A stretch of DNA of 64,000 nucleotides, taken from sequence record KT184315.1; one strand, written 5' to 3'. Numbering within the stretch: the first letter of the stretch is position 1; every line of letters begins with the position of its first letter. Positions 53,271-63,078 of this stretch are shown here, one piece after another. A program made the position numbers and the translations under genes. The notes below the pieces were generated by a model. That model was not told where the DNA came from. It made no database searches and was given only the letters and a program-made list of their open reading frames with translations. Source of the DNA: Enterobacteria phage KhF3.

Positions 53271-53735
53271 TTAACCGAGGACTTTAGCAAGGATATTCGC
53301 AGCCATCGAAGAAGCTTTTGCAGCAGCAACTACGCCAGCTTTGACAGTGCTATCCTTAATAGCAGATACCGTTGCAGCATCAGTAAAGAGATAAGTGATT
53401 GTTTTGGAACCACTTGTAAAGGAAAGCATAAGGGTAGTTTCCAGATTGAAAGAGCGATACGGAGCACCTTCTTTAACGATACCTTCAGCACCTAACTCTG
53501 AAGCCTTACCCATATCATAGATAGTCATCAGGTTTTCTTTGTGTGCAGTCGTTGAACCAACACCTTTTACGTGCTTCTTAACGTTCAACAATGCACGATA
53601 TTCACGAATGCTGCCATCAGCTTTTACATTAACAGCACGGAAAATTTTACCTTCAAAGTTACCTTGAATCATTTTACGAACTACTTCAGATTTGTTTGCC
53701 GTATCGTCCAGTGCTACCGTAATGATATTGTTCAT
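53271..53735 (-). CDS. Hypothetical protein
   Basis: 154 aa; strong terminator downstream suggests high expression. Confidence 0.45.
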   Translation of the reverse strand: MNNIITVALDDTANKSEVVRKMIQGNFEGKIFRAVNVKADGSIREYRALLNVKKHVKGVGSTTAHKENLMTIYDMGKASELGAEGIVKEGAPYRSFNLETTLMLSFTSGSKTITYLFTDAATVSAIKDSTVKAGVVAAAKASSMAANILAKVLG

Positions 53736-53745
53736 AAGTTTTCTC

Positions 53746-54441
53746 TCAATGTTTAACTAACATGGTTTTAATGTGTGGAAGGATTCTGTTCACCTTCTGC
53801 ACATTCTTCTCTGTATCTTCTATAAAACATACTATATTAAAGTAAGGAAGAATGCAAGACTGAATCATCCTCACTTTCAAACTTTCTGCATTTATAGAGT
53901 TAGTTCCAAAACCACGCATAAAAAGCATGTAATCATGCTCTATGTAATGCCTTAAAAACATCTCAGTAGGGATTCTCTGAGATTCACCTCTAGCTGTCAA
54001 GAGTCCAATGGCAGCATGATTAGCAATTGCATCAATGATATTGAAAACATACGTCGGCTTTGCACTTACAGAGTCAAGCAAATTAGTGTACTGTGAAAAT
54101 GACCCATCAATCAATTCCGTTGAGTAATCTTCGTGATTAAAATTTGTAAGAACACCATCAATGTCTGCTAAGATAAGGTTACCTTTTTCTACAAGGTCTT
54201 TATTGACTATGACTAAGCTGTCACGCCTTACACCTACAGTTTGTCCAGTCTCTTTGTCCACAACGCTCACAATTGGTTCTGATGTGTGGAACTCTTCAAG
54301 TGAACATACAACTTCTCTTGCAGTATCTTCAAAATCCCTGCACTGTTCTGGAGTCCATACACAGGAATCAAGACCTAACTCATGAGGGTGCAAGTCGTAA
54401 GCATGGCACAGTACTTCATCAGACTTTCTTAATTTTTTCAT
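53746..54441 (-). CDS. HAD-superfamily hydrolase, 5'-nucleotidase-like
   Basis: Motif ILADIDGVLTNF (DxDGV) and downstream FIEDTEKN; 231 aa. Confidence 0.45.
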   Translation of the reverse strand: MKKLRKSDEVLCHAYDLHPHELGLDSCVWTPEQCRDFEDTAREVVCSLEEFHTSEPIVSVVDKETGQTVGVRRDSLVIVNKDLVEKGNLILADIDGVLTNFNHEDYSTELIDGSFSQYTNLLDSVSAKPTYVFNIIDAIANHAAIGLLTARGESQRIPTEMFLRHYIEHDYMLFMRGFGTNSINAESLKVRMIQSCILPYFNIVCFIEDTEKNVQKVNRILPHIKTMLVKH

Positions 54442-54967
54442 GGTTTACCTTAGAAATGTTTGTTGCAAATTCACATTGAGCAATAACTTTCATGTTGTTA
54501 TAGACATCTTGAGAATATTTCTTAGCTTTAGGGATTTTGTACGAATACCCAGCATTATATGATGCTAAAACTTTTTGTAAAGTCTTCTTTGACTTTGGCT
54601 GACCATGCACCTTTGTCCAAAACTCAAGCTCTTTATGTGTTTCTTTAGCGGCATAATCAAAATCTTTTAAGAGTTTCTTTTTAGCAACATTAGGACTAAT
54701 TTTGTTACGCTTTACAACAGTCTTCAAGTGATTCTGGAAGATACCATAGTCATGGGTCTTTTTATTTTCTACCTTCAGACCTAACTCTGACTCTTGTAAG
54801 GCTATAGCTGCTAGAGTGATACCCCAACCTTTACCCATGTTATTCTCACCATACTGGTAAGCTTTTAACATGTTCACTTTTTGGCTAATTGATAGCTCTG
54901 GGCAGTCAACTGCATAAGATAAGTGTGCTGTAAACATTAAGCACAAACCTAGAATCAATTTCTTCAT
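54419..54967 (-). CDS. Secreted lytic transglycosylase (SLT domain)
   Basis: Signal peptide MKKLILGLCLMFTAHLSYA; motifs AIALQESELG, HDYGIFQ, ASYNAGYS. Confidence 0.65.
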   Translation of the reverse strand: MKKLILGLCLMFTAHLSYAVDCPELSISQKVNMLKAYQYGENNMGKGWGITLAAIALQESELGLKVENKKTHDYGIFQNHLKTVVKRNKISPNVAKKKLLKDFDYAAKETHKELEFWTKVHGQPKSKKTLQKVLASYNAGYSYKIPKAKKYSQDVYNNMKVIAQCEFATNISKVNHEKIKKV

Positions 54968-55020
54968 TGGTTCTCCTGTTTAGTTTATCGTGACAACAAT
55001 TATACAGCACTCTGCACAAA

Positions 55021-55048
55021 ATACAAATAAAAAAGGCCGCCGAAGCAG
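55021..55048 (-). terminator. Terminator downstream of rIIB-like gene
   Basis: GGCCGCCGAAGCAGCC hairpin flanked by A-run/T-run. Confidence 0.5.
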
Positions 55049-55067
55049 CCTTTTAAGAAATTACTTA

Positions 55068-56177
55068 TTAGATTTCACGTTTACGTTGAGAGATGAGTTC
55101 ACCAGCAGTGCCAACGATGACATGCAAAGCTTCAGTCTTACCGTCCCATGCTTCCAGCACTTTACGTTGATTATCAACGATTGCTGCAACTTCATAACGA
55201 GAGGAACGCATCTTCATATCGTTGTAATCAGTTGGAACAGATACAACATCTCGTGGATGTACGCGAACCTTCAGGATTGTATCACCTGAGAAGCAACGAA
55301 CATAATCCCAAGCACCAACATGAAGACCTTGAGAGCAAGTTACGTTACGGTTATTATCAACCATCCAACGTGGCATTTCTACAATGTTACCCAAATCATT
55401 AGGCACTTTGTAGGTGTGAGAGTCAACCAGCTTGCCTTCACGAGTAGAGACTTTCTTCCAACCAATGATGTAGCCTTCTTCATCAATTTCAACATCAAGG
55501 TGAGATACAAATCCCCAAAGTTGTTCTACAGAATCTTTAGATGGGTTTTCCATCAGTTTTTCGAAGAACATTACAAGTCGTTCAAAACCTTTATCGCCAG
55601 TTTTCATCATGTGAAGAATACGGTCAACCAGAGTAGAACGCATCTCAACAGTACCGTAGAATAGCTTGTCACCTTTGATTGTGATAGTACCCTGAGTGAA
55701 GTTTTCGATAGACTTACGAATGTTCATCAGTTCAAATGCTTTCTTGAACTCACCTTTCACAACATGAACTACAATCTCTTGATAGTTCGGATGAGTAGAC
55801 TCAACAATTTCAGATTCTGAACCATAAGTCATAATTACAGAATCACCAGTAATCATGTACTCAATCTTGTCATCTTTCTGCATAGCTTCGTGCAGTTTAT
55901 TTACTGGAGCTTTCTGTACAGTGTCTTTAACGACATTTTCAACTGGTTTGCCAGCTTTCTTTTTAAAAGTCTTAGCAACTTGCTTCAAAGTCTTCGTAGC
56001 TGGTGTAGAAGTTGCCTTTTTATTCCCTTTTAGGGTTGCTTCATGACGCTCTACAGCACGACCAACTGAACGGGTTGAAGTGTTAAATTTCTGTGCAATA
56101 GCTGTTTTGGTCAGCTTACCTTCTTTTACCAGTTTGTAAATTTCTGCGTCAATCTGTGCTTTAGTTTTAGTAGTCAT
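55068..56177 (-). CDS. rIIB: rIIB-like protein
   Basis: 369 aa immediately downstream of rIIA-like gene; N-terminal HTH-like segment. Confidence 0.5.
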   Translation of the reverse strand: MTTKTKAQIDAEIYKLVKEGKLTKTAIAQKFNTSTRSVGRAVERHEATLKGNKKATSTPATKTLKQVAKTFKKKAGKPVENVVKDTVQKAPVNKLHEAMQKDDKIEYMITGDSVIMTYGSESEIVESTHPNYQEIVVHVVKGEFKKAFELMNIRKSIENFTQGTITIKGDKLFYGTVEMRSTLVDRILHMMKTGDKGFERLVMFFEKLMENPSKDSVEQLWGFVSHLDVEIDEEGYIIGWKKVSTREGKLVDSHTYKVPNDLGNIVEMPRWMVDNNRNVTCSQGLHVGAWDYVRCFSGDTILKVRVHPRDVVSVPTDYNDMKMRSSRYEVAAIVDNQRKVLEAWDGKTEALHVIVGTAGELISQRKREI

Positions 56178-56256
56178 CTTATTACTCTCTCTTGTTAGTT
56201 AATCAATCAATTTGTGAGGCTATTCTAAGGGGCTTCAAAGCCCCTTGTCAAACACT

Positions 56257-58623
56257 TTAATCGTAAATTGTTGTACCTTCTGGAACACATTTCACATCAA
56301 AGCCTAAAAACTTACTCACTTCGATAGGTGATACTTTATTCCAATCTAAGTGTGAAAGCAAGAAGTTTTCTTGTTTTCTTTTTGAAAGATAGTTTGTCAG
56401 CTTGATAACCATGCGGTCACCTGCTTTCTTAATCTTTTTGTACAGTTTTGTGTCATTATCAAGGCATGACTTCAAATCCTGAAGAACACTGATAGTGTAA
56501 GTGTATGCAAACGGTGCAGCCACATACTGAATCTTACCAAACATTGCCTCAACAGCATCTTCATTCCCTTCTAAGAAGATTGTCTTAATAGTATCCCTTG
56601 AATAACAATACCCGCGAGAAATCTTCCTGTTATTAAACGTAAAGTTTCTGGCAATAATCCAACTGCTTGTAAGGTCAAGGACACCATTCATATAGATACG
56701 TGTCATATATCTGTTATGGTTAATCCAGTGAACATCAGTTAAGCTGTCGTTCAAGAGTTTCTCATCTACTTCAATCCAATCTTCTGGTATCTTTTTCCAA
56801 TTTGCTTTTCGGAAAACATAGACTGTCTTACCTGTAACATTAGCAACTGACTTAGCTACATCTTCTGGAGATGAGCAAAAACATCTACCATCAACTGTGT
56901 CGCCTACTGCCTTAATATAAAGCTGAGGTTCTTCAATTGTGTCTAAGTCCTCTGACACCTCTTTGTAGGAGGCTACACCTTCTGCTGGAACAGCTTTCCA
57001 GAGTTTTACAACACCTCTTACAGCTTCTTTACGCTGGTAATGGTGTTCCTTATCAGACATTTTCACAATCTTTAACAAGCTTTTATCAAGTTTGTGCAGA
57101 TTGATTAAGTCATCTAACTCTTTTTCAGTCGAGAATACAAAGACAATACCATTGTATCTGTGAAACAGACTTGACTCACTGGCATAGTCTCGACATGCAC
57201 CACGCAAGATTTGGTTGCGTCCTACAGTCTTCTCAGTACCATTTTTATTGCGACGGTCATTTATAACAAACAAAAACTGTTCAATTTGGCTTTTACGCAT
57301 TGCGCCAAAGATATTGAACATACTTGCCTCTTGAGTGTAGGAAAGTGCTGTTGCACGAATCTTACTCTCTAAAGAGTTGAACTTGACATAAGCAACTGGG
57401 TCATAAAGATAATCTACTTTAGGGATGTTGTTTCCGTTCCTATCAACCTTAATATTACCTTTACCGTCACGTTCATAAATGACTGAGCCGTCTTCTGCGT
57501 AGATAATTCCACGACGAATGTTTAGTAATTCTTCTTCCAGAGAATCAAGCTTAACGCCTCCCCACTCTAACTTTGGACACACAGCATTAAACATCTCTCG
57601 TGAGTTCAAACGTAACTCAGCATAAGCCTGTGCAGCATCCATGAGTGTAGGTTGACTGTTAACTTTCTTGATAACATCCTTTGTAATTGCTTCAGTTATC
57701 TTTTTAGTAGCCTCAATGATAACATTTTTTGTCGTGTCATTCATCTGCAATGCTTCACGAGAAGCTGCAATAGCGACTGAACCAATAGGCATGTAGATGT
57801 TTACAAGGTCTACGCTCCTACGGAAAAATTCTGGCAATACTTTGAAGAAATTATCACCAAGTAATGCTTCCATGTTAACAGGGTAGGCAATGTTACCCAT
57901 CACCACATTAAACTCTGTCCTGTTATCACTAGAACGCCAGCTGTGCTTATGAATCATGGCATCATAAACACCTTCTTCACGGGCAATGACGTTCATATCT
58001 GCTAATACATCGTCGTACTCAATATTACTTTCTGGTTTTACAGTGAAGTATGAGTACACATTCCCAGCTTCTTCAAAGAACTTTGAGATACGGTGGTCAG
58101 CAACCGCCACACGTACAGCTAAACCATTAGGTTCTTTTGTTGGGTTAGTTGTCAGCTTAGTTACTTGAGGGATACCATTCTCAAGATAAACAGAGTACTT
58201 ATTAACAACACCATCAACATAGCTAGATACTGTGAATGACTGAGCAATTGCAAATGGTGACTTTGAGCCGATACCCATTGCACCAATGTAGTCATTAGAG
58301 TCATTCTTCGTAGAAGCTCCATAGTTTAGGTACAAACTCATAACTTTATCATGAGTCAATCCAGTTCCAAAATCACGAACTTCGAAGTAAGGCTCAAAAC
58401 GAGTAGGTAAATGCACATGGAATGGGATGTTCTCTTTTCCAGCTTCTTTCTGAGCATCTACTGCGTTACATGACAGTTCACGAATCACTGCCCTTTCTTT
58501 AAAGGTATATACACCAGAACTCAAAAGGCTGAACATCTCAGGTGTCATTGTAATCTGTGCTTGAGACGTCTCTAAAGAAGTTGAACTCTTAATCACTTCT
58601 GCGTGGTCATTTACCATGCGCAT
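56257..58623 (-). CDS. rIIA: rIIA-like protein with N-terminal GHKL-type ATPase domain
   Basis: IRELSCNAVDAQ (N box) and RDFGTGL (G1 box); 788 aa. Confidence 0.65.
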   Translation of the reverse strand: MRMVNDHAEVIKSSTSLETSQAQITMTPEMFSLLSSGVYTFKERAVIRELSCNAVDAQKEAGKENIPFHVHLPTRFEPYFEVRDFGTGLTHDKVMSLYLNYGASTKNDSNDYIGAMGIGSKSPFAIAQSFTVSSYVDGVVNKYSVYLENGIPQVTKLTTNPTKEPNGLAVRVAVADHRISKFFEEAGNVYSYFTVKPESNIEYDDVLADMNVIAREEGVYDAMIHKHSWRSSDNRTEFNVVMGNIAYPVNMEALLGDNFFKVLPEFFRRSVDLVNIYMPIGSVAIAASREALQMNDTTKNVIIEATKKITEAITKDVIKKVNSQPTLMDAAQAYAELRLNSREMFNAVCPKLEWGGVKLDSLEEELLNIRRGIIYAEDGSVIYERDGKGNIKVDRNGNNIPKVDYLYDPVAYVKFNSLESKIRATALSYTQEASMFNIFGAMRKSQIEQFLFVINDRRNKNGTEKTVGRNQILRGACRDYASESSLFHRYNGIVFVFSTEKELDDLINLHKLDKSLLKIVKMSDKEHHYQRKEAVRGVVKLWKAVPAEGVASYKEVSEDLDTIEEPQLYIKAVGDTVDGRCFCSSPEDVAKSVANVTGKTVYVFRKANWKKIPEDWIEVDEKLLNDSLTDVHWINHNRYMTRIYMNGVLDLTSSWIIARNFTFNNRKISRGYCYSRDTIKTIFLEGNEDAVEAMFGKIQYVAAPFAYTYTISVLQDLKSCLDNDTKLYKKIKKAGDRMVIKLTNYLSKRKQENFLLSHLDWNKVSPIEVSKFLGFDVKCVPEGTTIYD

Positions 58624-58651
58624 AATACTTTCCTCTTAGTTTACTGTTAAA

Positions 58652-58828
58652 TTACTTATTAAACATTTTACCAGAACCACCACAAATAGGGCAACAACCT
58701 GCTCTTGTATACCCTTCTCCGTTACAGTAGTCACACTTTTTGTGTTCTGCAAAGTACTTACAAAGAAGGCAAACAAATATTGCTACACTACCAAGTGACA
58801 GTAAAATTTCTATCCAATATGCTTGCAT
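58652..58828 (-). CDS. Unannotated small ORF: membrane-anchored zinc-ribbon protein (58 aa)
   Basis: MQAYWIEILLSLGSVAIFVCLLCKYFAEHKKCDYCNGEGYTRAGCCPICGGSGKMFNK; GAGAGGTGAG RBS; below track size cut-off. Confidence 0.4.
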   Translation of the reverse strand: MQAYWIEILLSLGSVAIFVCLLCKYFAEHKKCDYCNGEGYTRAGCCPICGGSGKMFNK

Positions 58829-59145
58829 GACTCACCTCTCATGTTTTTGTAAAGGATAAAGCTTCTGTCATGAACGATACTTGTAGATACTGCAAAGTTA
58901 CTTTCAAGCATCTGTTTGTTTGGATTGTAGAAGCTTTTTTTAAACTCGTCAAGCGCAAACTGGTGATGTTGTGGAAGACCTTTTACACAAACCTTTATTG
59001 TGATTGCTGCTGCAACCTTTCCAGTCAGTTCTTCTTTAGCTGCTACTAAAATTTTGTTGAGGAACTTATGACCATCTTCAGTCTTCTTGATGTTCTCCCA
59101 ACGTTCTTCTAAGACAATGTTGATGTTCATTTCTTTGATTTTCAT
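58810..59145 (-). CDS. Hypothetical protein
   Basis: 111 aa. Confidence 0.45.
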   Translation of the reverse strand: MKIKEMNINIVLEERWENIKKTEDGHKFLNKILVAAKEELTGKVAAAITIKVCVKGLPQHHQFALDEFKKSFYNPNKQMLESNFAVSTSIVHDRSFILYKNMRGESCKHIG

Positions 59146-59159
59146 AGTTTCTCCAGAAA

Positions 59160-59184
59160 TTAAAAAGGCTCCCGTAGGAGCCTC
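59160..59184 (-). terminator. Rho-independent terminator downstream of NAMPT-like gene
   Basis: Minus strand AGGCTCC-TACG-GGAGCCT followed by TTTTT. Confidence 0.6.
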
Positions 59185-59197
59185 TTATCATATACTT

Positions 59198-60979
59198 TTA
59201 AAGCTGCTTGTCAATATTATTTCGAATATCACCAAGCGTTGTGTAACCGAACTGCTCAGAGTCGCTAAAGACTAAACGTAAAGCACAAGCTGGATGTTCA
59301 AGTACATCTGCAAAGCTCTGGAATCCATAGCCATCTACAGCTTTCAACTTATCACCATCCCACATAGGTGCTACACCACCAAAAGCAGACTTCTTAACAC
59401 CACTATCTGTTTTAGGGTCTTTTGCAAGCATAATCTCTTTACCACCAATGCTTGCAAGAGTTGCTTTAACAGCAAATGCAAAGGTGTCACGAGTCATGTA
59501 CTGGTAAGTGTAAGAGCCTACGCCAAACACTACGTTAGAGCTTGCAAAACCCATTTCATACAGACGCTTCAGGATTTCGTTTGCACGTTCCAGCGTGATA
59601 GAGTCGCCATAGATAAGGCCAATGTGCTCATCCAGTACCTTAAAACCTTTAGAGTTAATAGTTCCTCCAAAGATGTTGTACAGTGTCTTAATAGCTCCAT
59701 CAATCTCAGCTACAGGACGTGTTACAACGTTTGCAGAACCAACCATATAAGCGTTTTTCAACAGCACTGTATCAGCAACTTCAAAGTCTTCTCTGTCAAC
59801 AACCATTTCGTAGCCTTCTGACAGTAGCCATCCAGCAATACCATAATTGATGTTTTCAAGCTTCATGTTCAGAACAGCATTCAACATTGTGTCGCTGGCT
59901 TCCAGCTTGCTAAGGTGCTCATAATAAGCCTTTTTAGCACATTCTAAGTGGATTGCTTTATAACCTGTGACAATATGTACAGGGTCTCCAGAGTCAGGGC
60001 GAATTACCAGTTTACCGTCACGTTCCATAATTTCTTTACGAAGTGCTGGTAAGATTTCTGACACAGTTCTCCAGAAGTTATAAGTATCTGAAACAATGCT
60101 TGCAATACCTGTTGGGTAAGTTTCTGTTAAGAAACGACGGAAGGTTTGTAACTCACCTTTAAAGCGTCTTTCTTCTTCAACCAACTCATTACCACCTTCC
60201 CAAGCAATGTTTGCACACATTACAGAGTGCTCAGTGGCTGGTACAGAACTACCAATATCAGAGATTGGGTAGGACTGTCCATAGATTCGTTTAGCCGTGT
60301 ATACAGCAGGGAAGCTATCAGTCCCTTTAAAGCTGGTTAAGTGACCTACAGCGTTAAATGCGTCATCAGTAAAGCCGGACATACCACGCATAGCAAAATC
60401 ATGGCACTGATAAGGTAAATGTAAGTCATTGTCACAAGTAAGGTCAGCCCACTTCTTACAGATGCGTTTGTAATGCAATGCAATAGTTGCAATGGTGCAA
60501 GCCTTCCAAATTTCAGCAGAGAAAGCATCTTCCAGATAACCTGCTACCCAATGAAAACCTGAAACAGTGTTCTGAAAGACAATCATCGGGACACGCATTG
60601 GAACAACTGTGCCTTCTTCTACAGCGTATACTTCAACTGGTAGATAACCTAAGTCGTGAAGTGCTTCCCAATGCTCTCGACCGATAGCATCTTTACCCAG
60701 AACACCATTCATGACTTCTAAGATTTCATCAATGGCTTCTTTTTTATCACGTTCAAAGAAAGTGGCATTCCAGTGGTCTATCAAGTAATCTTTAACAAAA
60801 CGTTGAATACCAAAAGCCACTACACCGTCAATTGCTAAGGGGCTGTTAAACCATTTGTCGCTACGTGGTGTCAGATTGAACATCAAGTACTCTGTTGCGC
60901 TAGGATACTGGTAAACATGACCAGATTTGTAAGCATCTGCATTTAAACCTGCTGGTACTGCATAAAGTGATTTAGTCAT
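59198..60979 (-). CDS. nadV: Nicotinamide phosphoribosyltransferase (NAMPT/NadV) family protein
   Basis: 593 aa; N-terminal AYKSGHVYQYP region and overall length typical of NAMPT. Confidence 0.75.
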   Translation of the reverse strand: MTKSLYAVPAGLNADAYKSGHVYQYPSATEYLMFNLTPRSDKWFNSPLAIDGVVAFGIQRFVKDYLIDHWNATFFERDKKEAIDEILEVMNGVLGKDAIGREHWEALHDLGYLPVEVYAVEEGTVVPMRVPMIVFQNTVSGFHWVAGYLEDAFSAEIWKACTIATIALHYKRICKKWADLTCDNDLHLPYQCHDFAMRGMSGFTDDAFNAVGHLTSFKGTDSFPAVYTAKRIYGQSYPISDIGSSVPATEHSVMCANIAWEGGNELVEEERRFKGELQTFRRFLTETYPTGIASIVSDTYNFWRTVSEILPALRKEIMERDGKLVIRPDSGDPVHIVTGYKAIHLECAKKAYYEHLSKLEASDTMLNAVLNMKLENINYGIAGWLLSEGYEMVVDREDFEVADTVLLKNAYMVGSANVVTRPVAEIDGAIKTLYNIFGGTINSKGFKVLDEHIGLIYGDSITLERANEILKRLYEMGFASSNVVFGVGSYTYQYMTRDTFAFAVKATLASIGGKEIMLAKDPKTDSGVKKSAFGGVAPMWDGDKLKAVDGYGFQSFADVLEHPACALRLVFSDSEQFGYTTLGDIRNNIDKQL

Positions 60980-61024
60980 CTCTTAATCTCTCTCAAAATG
61001 GGGCTTGGAAGCCCCTATAAAGTT

Positions 61025-61921
61025 TTAATCAAGGTTTGCTACAGTAACTTGGCTATAATGTGTTAAGCCACGGTCTTTAGCTTCCCCTAAAGAGTTTGTA
61101 GTGTAGATATGGTCAATACCATTGTCAAGCAAGTTTTCAACATCTTTAGAGAAAATACCATGAGTTACATAGAGTTCCACACGTTTTGCACCTGCTTCAC
61201 GAAGATGTTTGGCTGCTTCTATGAAGGTTCGACCTCCATCACAAATATCATCCAGAATCATGACAGTTTTATCTGTCAAATCAACATCGTCAAGGATTCG
61301 CATACCAGTAATTTCACCAGTCTTAAGGTTACGCACCTTAGACATTGTGATGTATGGTTTATCCACCTCTTTAGCAGTCTCTGCAATCTTCTTAGCAGCA
61401 CCTGCATCTGGGGCTACTAAGTAATCAATCAGTGGGTCATTTGCGTAGTGAACTGCAATCTCCTTTTGAGGAATACTCTGGAAGCAGTTAAACAGGTTAT
61501 CTGGAACGTAACTGTGAGGGTCAACTGCACAGACTGCACCAAATCCCATTGCATTTACCTGTTTAGCAAAAACCTTTAAAGCTGCTGCGTCGCCTTTAAA
61601 CATGTGACGGTCATAACGTGCATTTGGTAAGTAGTAAAAGATGACAGTCTTTAAAGCATAATCATGAGGAATTAAATCATCAATTGCTTCTTTAGCAAGT
61701 GCCACAGCAAATAATGTATCCTTATCATAACCTTTTACAATCATAATCACATTGTTGATGGATGATGCTGCATAAGCAGTGAAATCAACAAACTCTGGAG
61801 AAAAGTGTCCACCAATCTCACCAGAAGGAAATTGGATGATGTTAAACTCTTCTTCATGAGTTCCTTTAGTTGGTGAATGAACTGTAACACGGATAGATGT
61901 TTTCATAGTTTTCTCTCTCAA
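61025..61921 (-). CDS. Ribose-phosphate pyrophosphokinase (Prs)-like protein
   Basis: PRPP-binding loop MILDDICDGGRTF; 298 aa; adjacent to NAMPT-like gene. Confidence 0.65.
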   Translation of the reverse strand: MREKTMKTSIRVTVHSPTKGTHEEEFNIIQFPSGEIGGHFSPEFVDFTAYAASSINNVIMIVKGYDKDTLFAVALAKEAIDDLIPHDYALKTVIFYYLPNARYDRHMFKGDAAALKVFAKQVNAMGFGAVCAVDPHSYVPDNLFNCFQSIPQKEIAVHYANDPLIDYLVAPDAGAAKKIAETAKEVDKPYITMSKVRNLKTGEITGMRILDDVDLTDKTVMILDDICDGGRTFIEAAKHLREAGAKRVELYVTHGIFSKDVENLLDNGIDHIYTTNSLGEAKDRGLTHYSQVTVANLD

Positions 61922-62196
61922 TCAAAAGTTACGTTTGTTACTGCCATTGCAGATTTGCATTTTGCAGGGTCTACAACGTGATAAAGTACACTACAGTTAC
62001 CTGTGCTGTCTGGTACAGGTTTAACCCATTGTTGCTTGACAGTTGGTTCGCCTAAGTCTTTGTAAGAACCATCTGTAAAGTTGTTTACCATCTCAAGTGC
62101 AATTGGCTCTGGAACATGACCACGTATCATGTACATTTCACAACCATTACCTCCTTCACTGACTAATGGTAAAATCTCCCACTTTTCTTTAGCCAT
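61918..62196 (-). CDS. Hypothetical protein
   Basis: 92 aa. Confidence 0.4.
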   Translation of the reverse strand: MAKEKWEILPLVSEGGNGCEMYMIRGHVPEPIALEMVNNFTDGSYKDLGEPTVKQQWVKPVPDSTGNCSVLYHVVDPAKCKSAMAVTNVTFD

Positions 62197-62704
62197 TATA
62201 AGTTGCCCTATAAACTGTCTCGAACTTCAACAGGAGAGATATTGCCAAATCTGTATAGTTGTTGTCAAGCACATCTGGCATATTATTTTTGATATATTTC
62301 TCTTGCTCTTCATAGGTCATCTTAGGGATACTTAGGAGGCTATCTCCTTGCTTCTGGTTATCAGTTTTAGTTTGGATAAACCAGTTTGCACAGTGATGTT
62401 CACCACCTTTTGTAACAGGTTTGTGATGACCTAATGTAAATGTTTGCTTACCCGTATACCTGCAAAGATTGTTCAGTGTTGCAATGGTGTTCTTCACAAC
62501 ACACCATTCATACAGGTTATCTATTGTGTAGTGTGGGTAATAACGGACAAGTGCTCTTTCACGGAAGTTATCACGATTCCAAAGAACCATGTGATTAGAA
62601 TTTGAAGGGTCATATTTGTGGGAGTCTATAAACTCTTGACGCTCATCAAAGCTGAGTCTTAGAACTGACATTGCAACCGAACGTTTCAGGTTTGACAGAT
62701 ACAT
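62189..62704 (-). CDS. Hypothetical protein, possible HNH-type nuclease
   Basis: GHHKPVTKGGEHHCANW region resembles HNH His/Asn spacing; weak. Confidence 0.3.
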   Translation of the reverse strand: MYLSNLKRSVAMSVLRLSFDERQEFIDSHKYDPSNSNHMVLWNRDNFRERALVRYYPHYTIDNLYEWCVVKNTIATLNNLCRYTGKQTFTLGHHKPVTKGGEHHCANWFIQTKTDNQKQGDSLLSIPKMTYEEQEKYIKNNMPDVLDNNYTDLAISLLLKFETVYRATYNG

Positions 62705-62755
62705 TTTACCTCCAAAATAAAAAGGGAACCTTTACAGTCCCCTTATAGTATCTGT

Positions 62756-63076
62756 TTACTGAGCTACTTTCAAGATGCTTGTGAATGAAATATCACTCTC
62801 ATCCATAAACTCTTTTGCTTCTCCAGTAACTTTCACAAAGTTATCTAGGCAGATAATCTTCTTATCTTTCTTGCTGTAGGTTAGCTTAACCTTTTCAATA
62901 TCTTTCTTAGAGCTTTTCTCTTCATTAAAGAGTTTTACAGCTTCTTTGAATGGGAGGTATGAGCCATCATCATCGCTAATAAAACCTGTACCACAATAGT
63001 AGAAGTTGTATTCTTTAGCCATAAACTGGCACAGTACGAAAATCTGTAATTTACGAGTGTTATAAACTTTGCTCAT
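62756..63076 (-). CDS. Hypothetical protein
   Basis: 106 aa. Confidence 0.4.
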   Translation of the reverse strand: MSKVYNTRKLQIFVLCQFMAKEYNFYYCGTGFISDDDGSYLPFKEAVKLFNEEKSSKKDIEKVKLTYSKKDKKIICLDNFVKVTGEAKEFMDESDISFTSILKVAQ

Positions 63077-63078
63077 GG

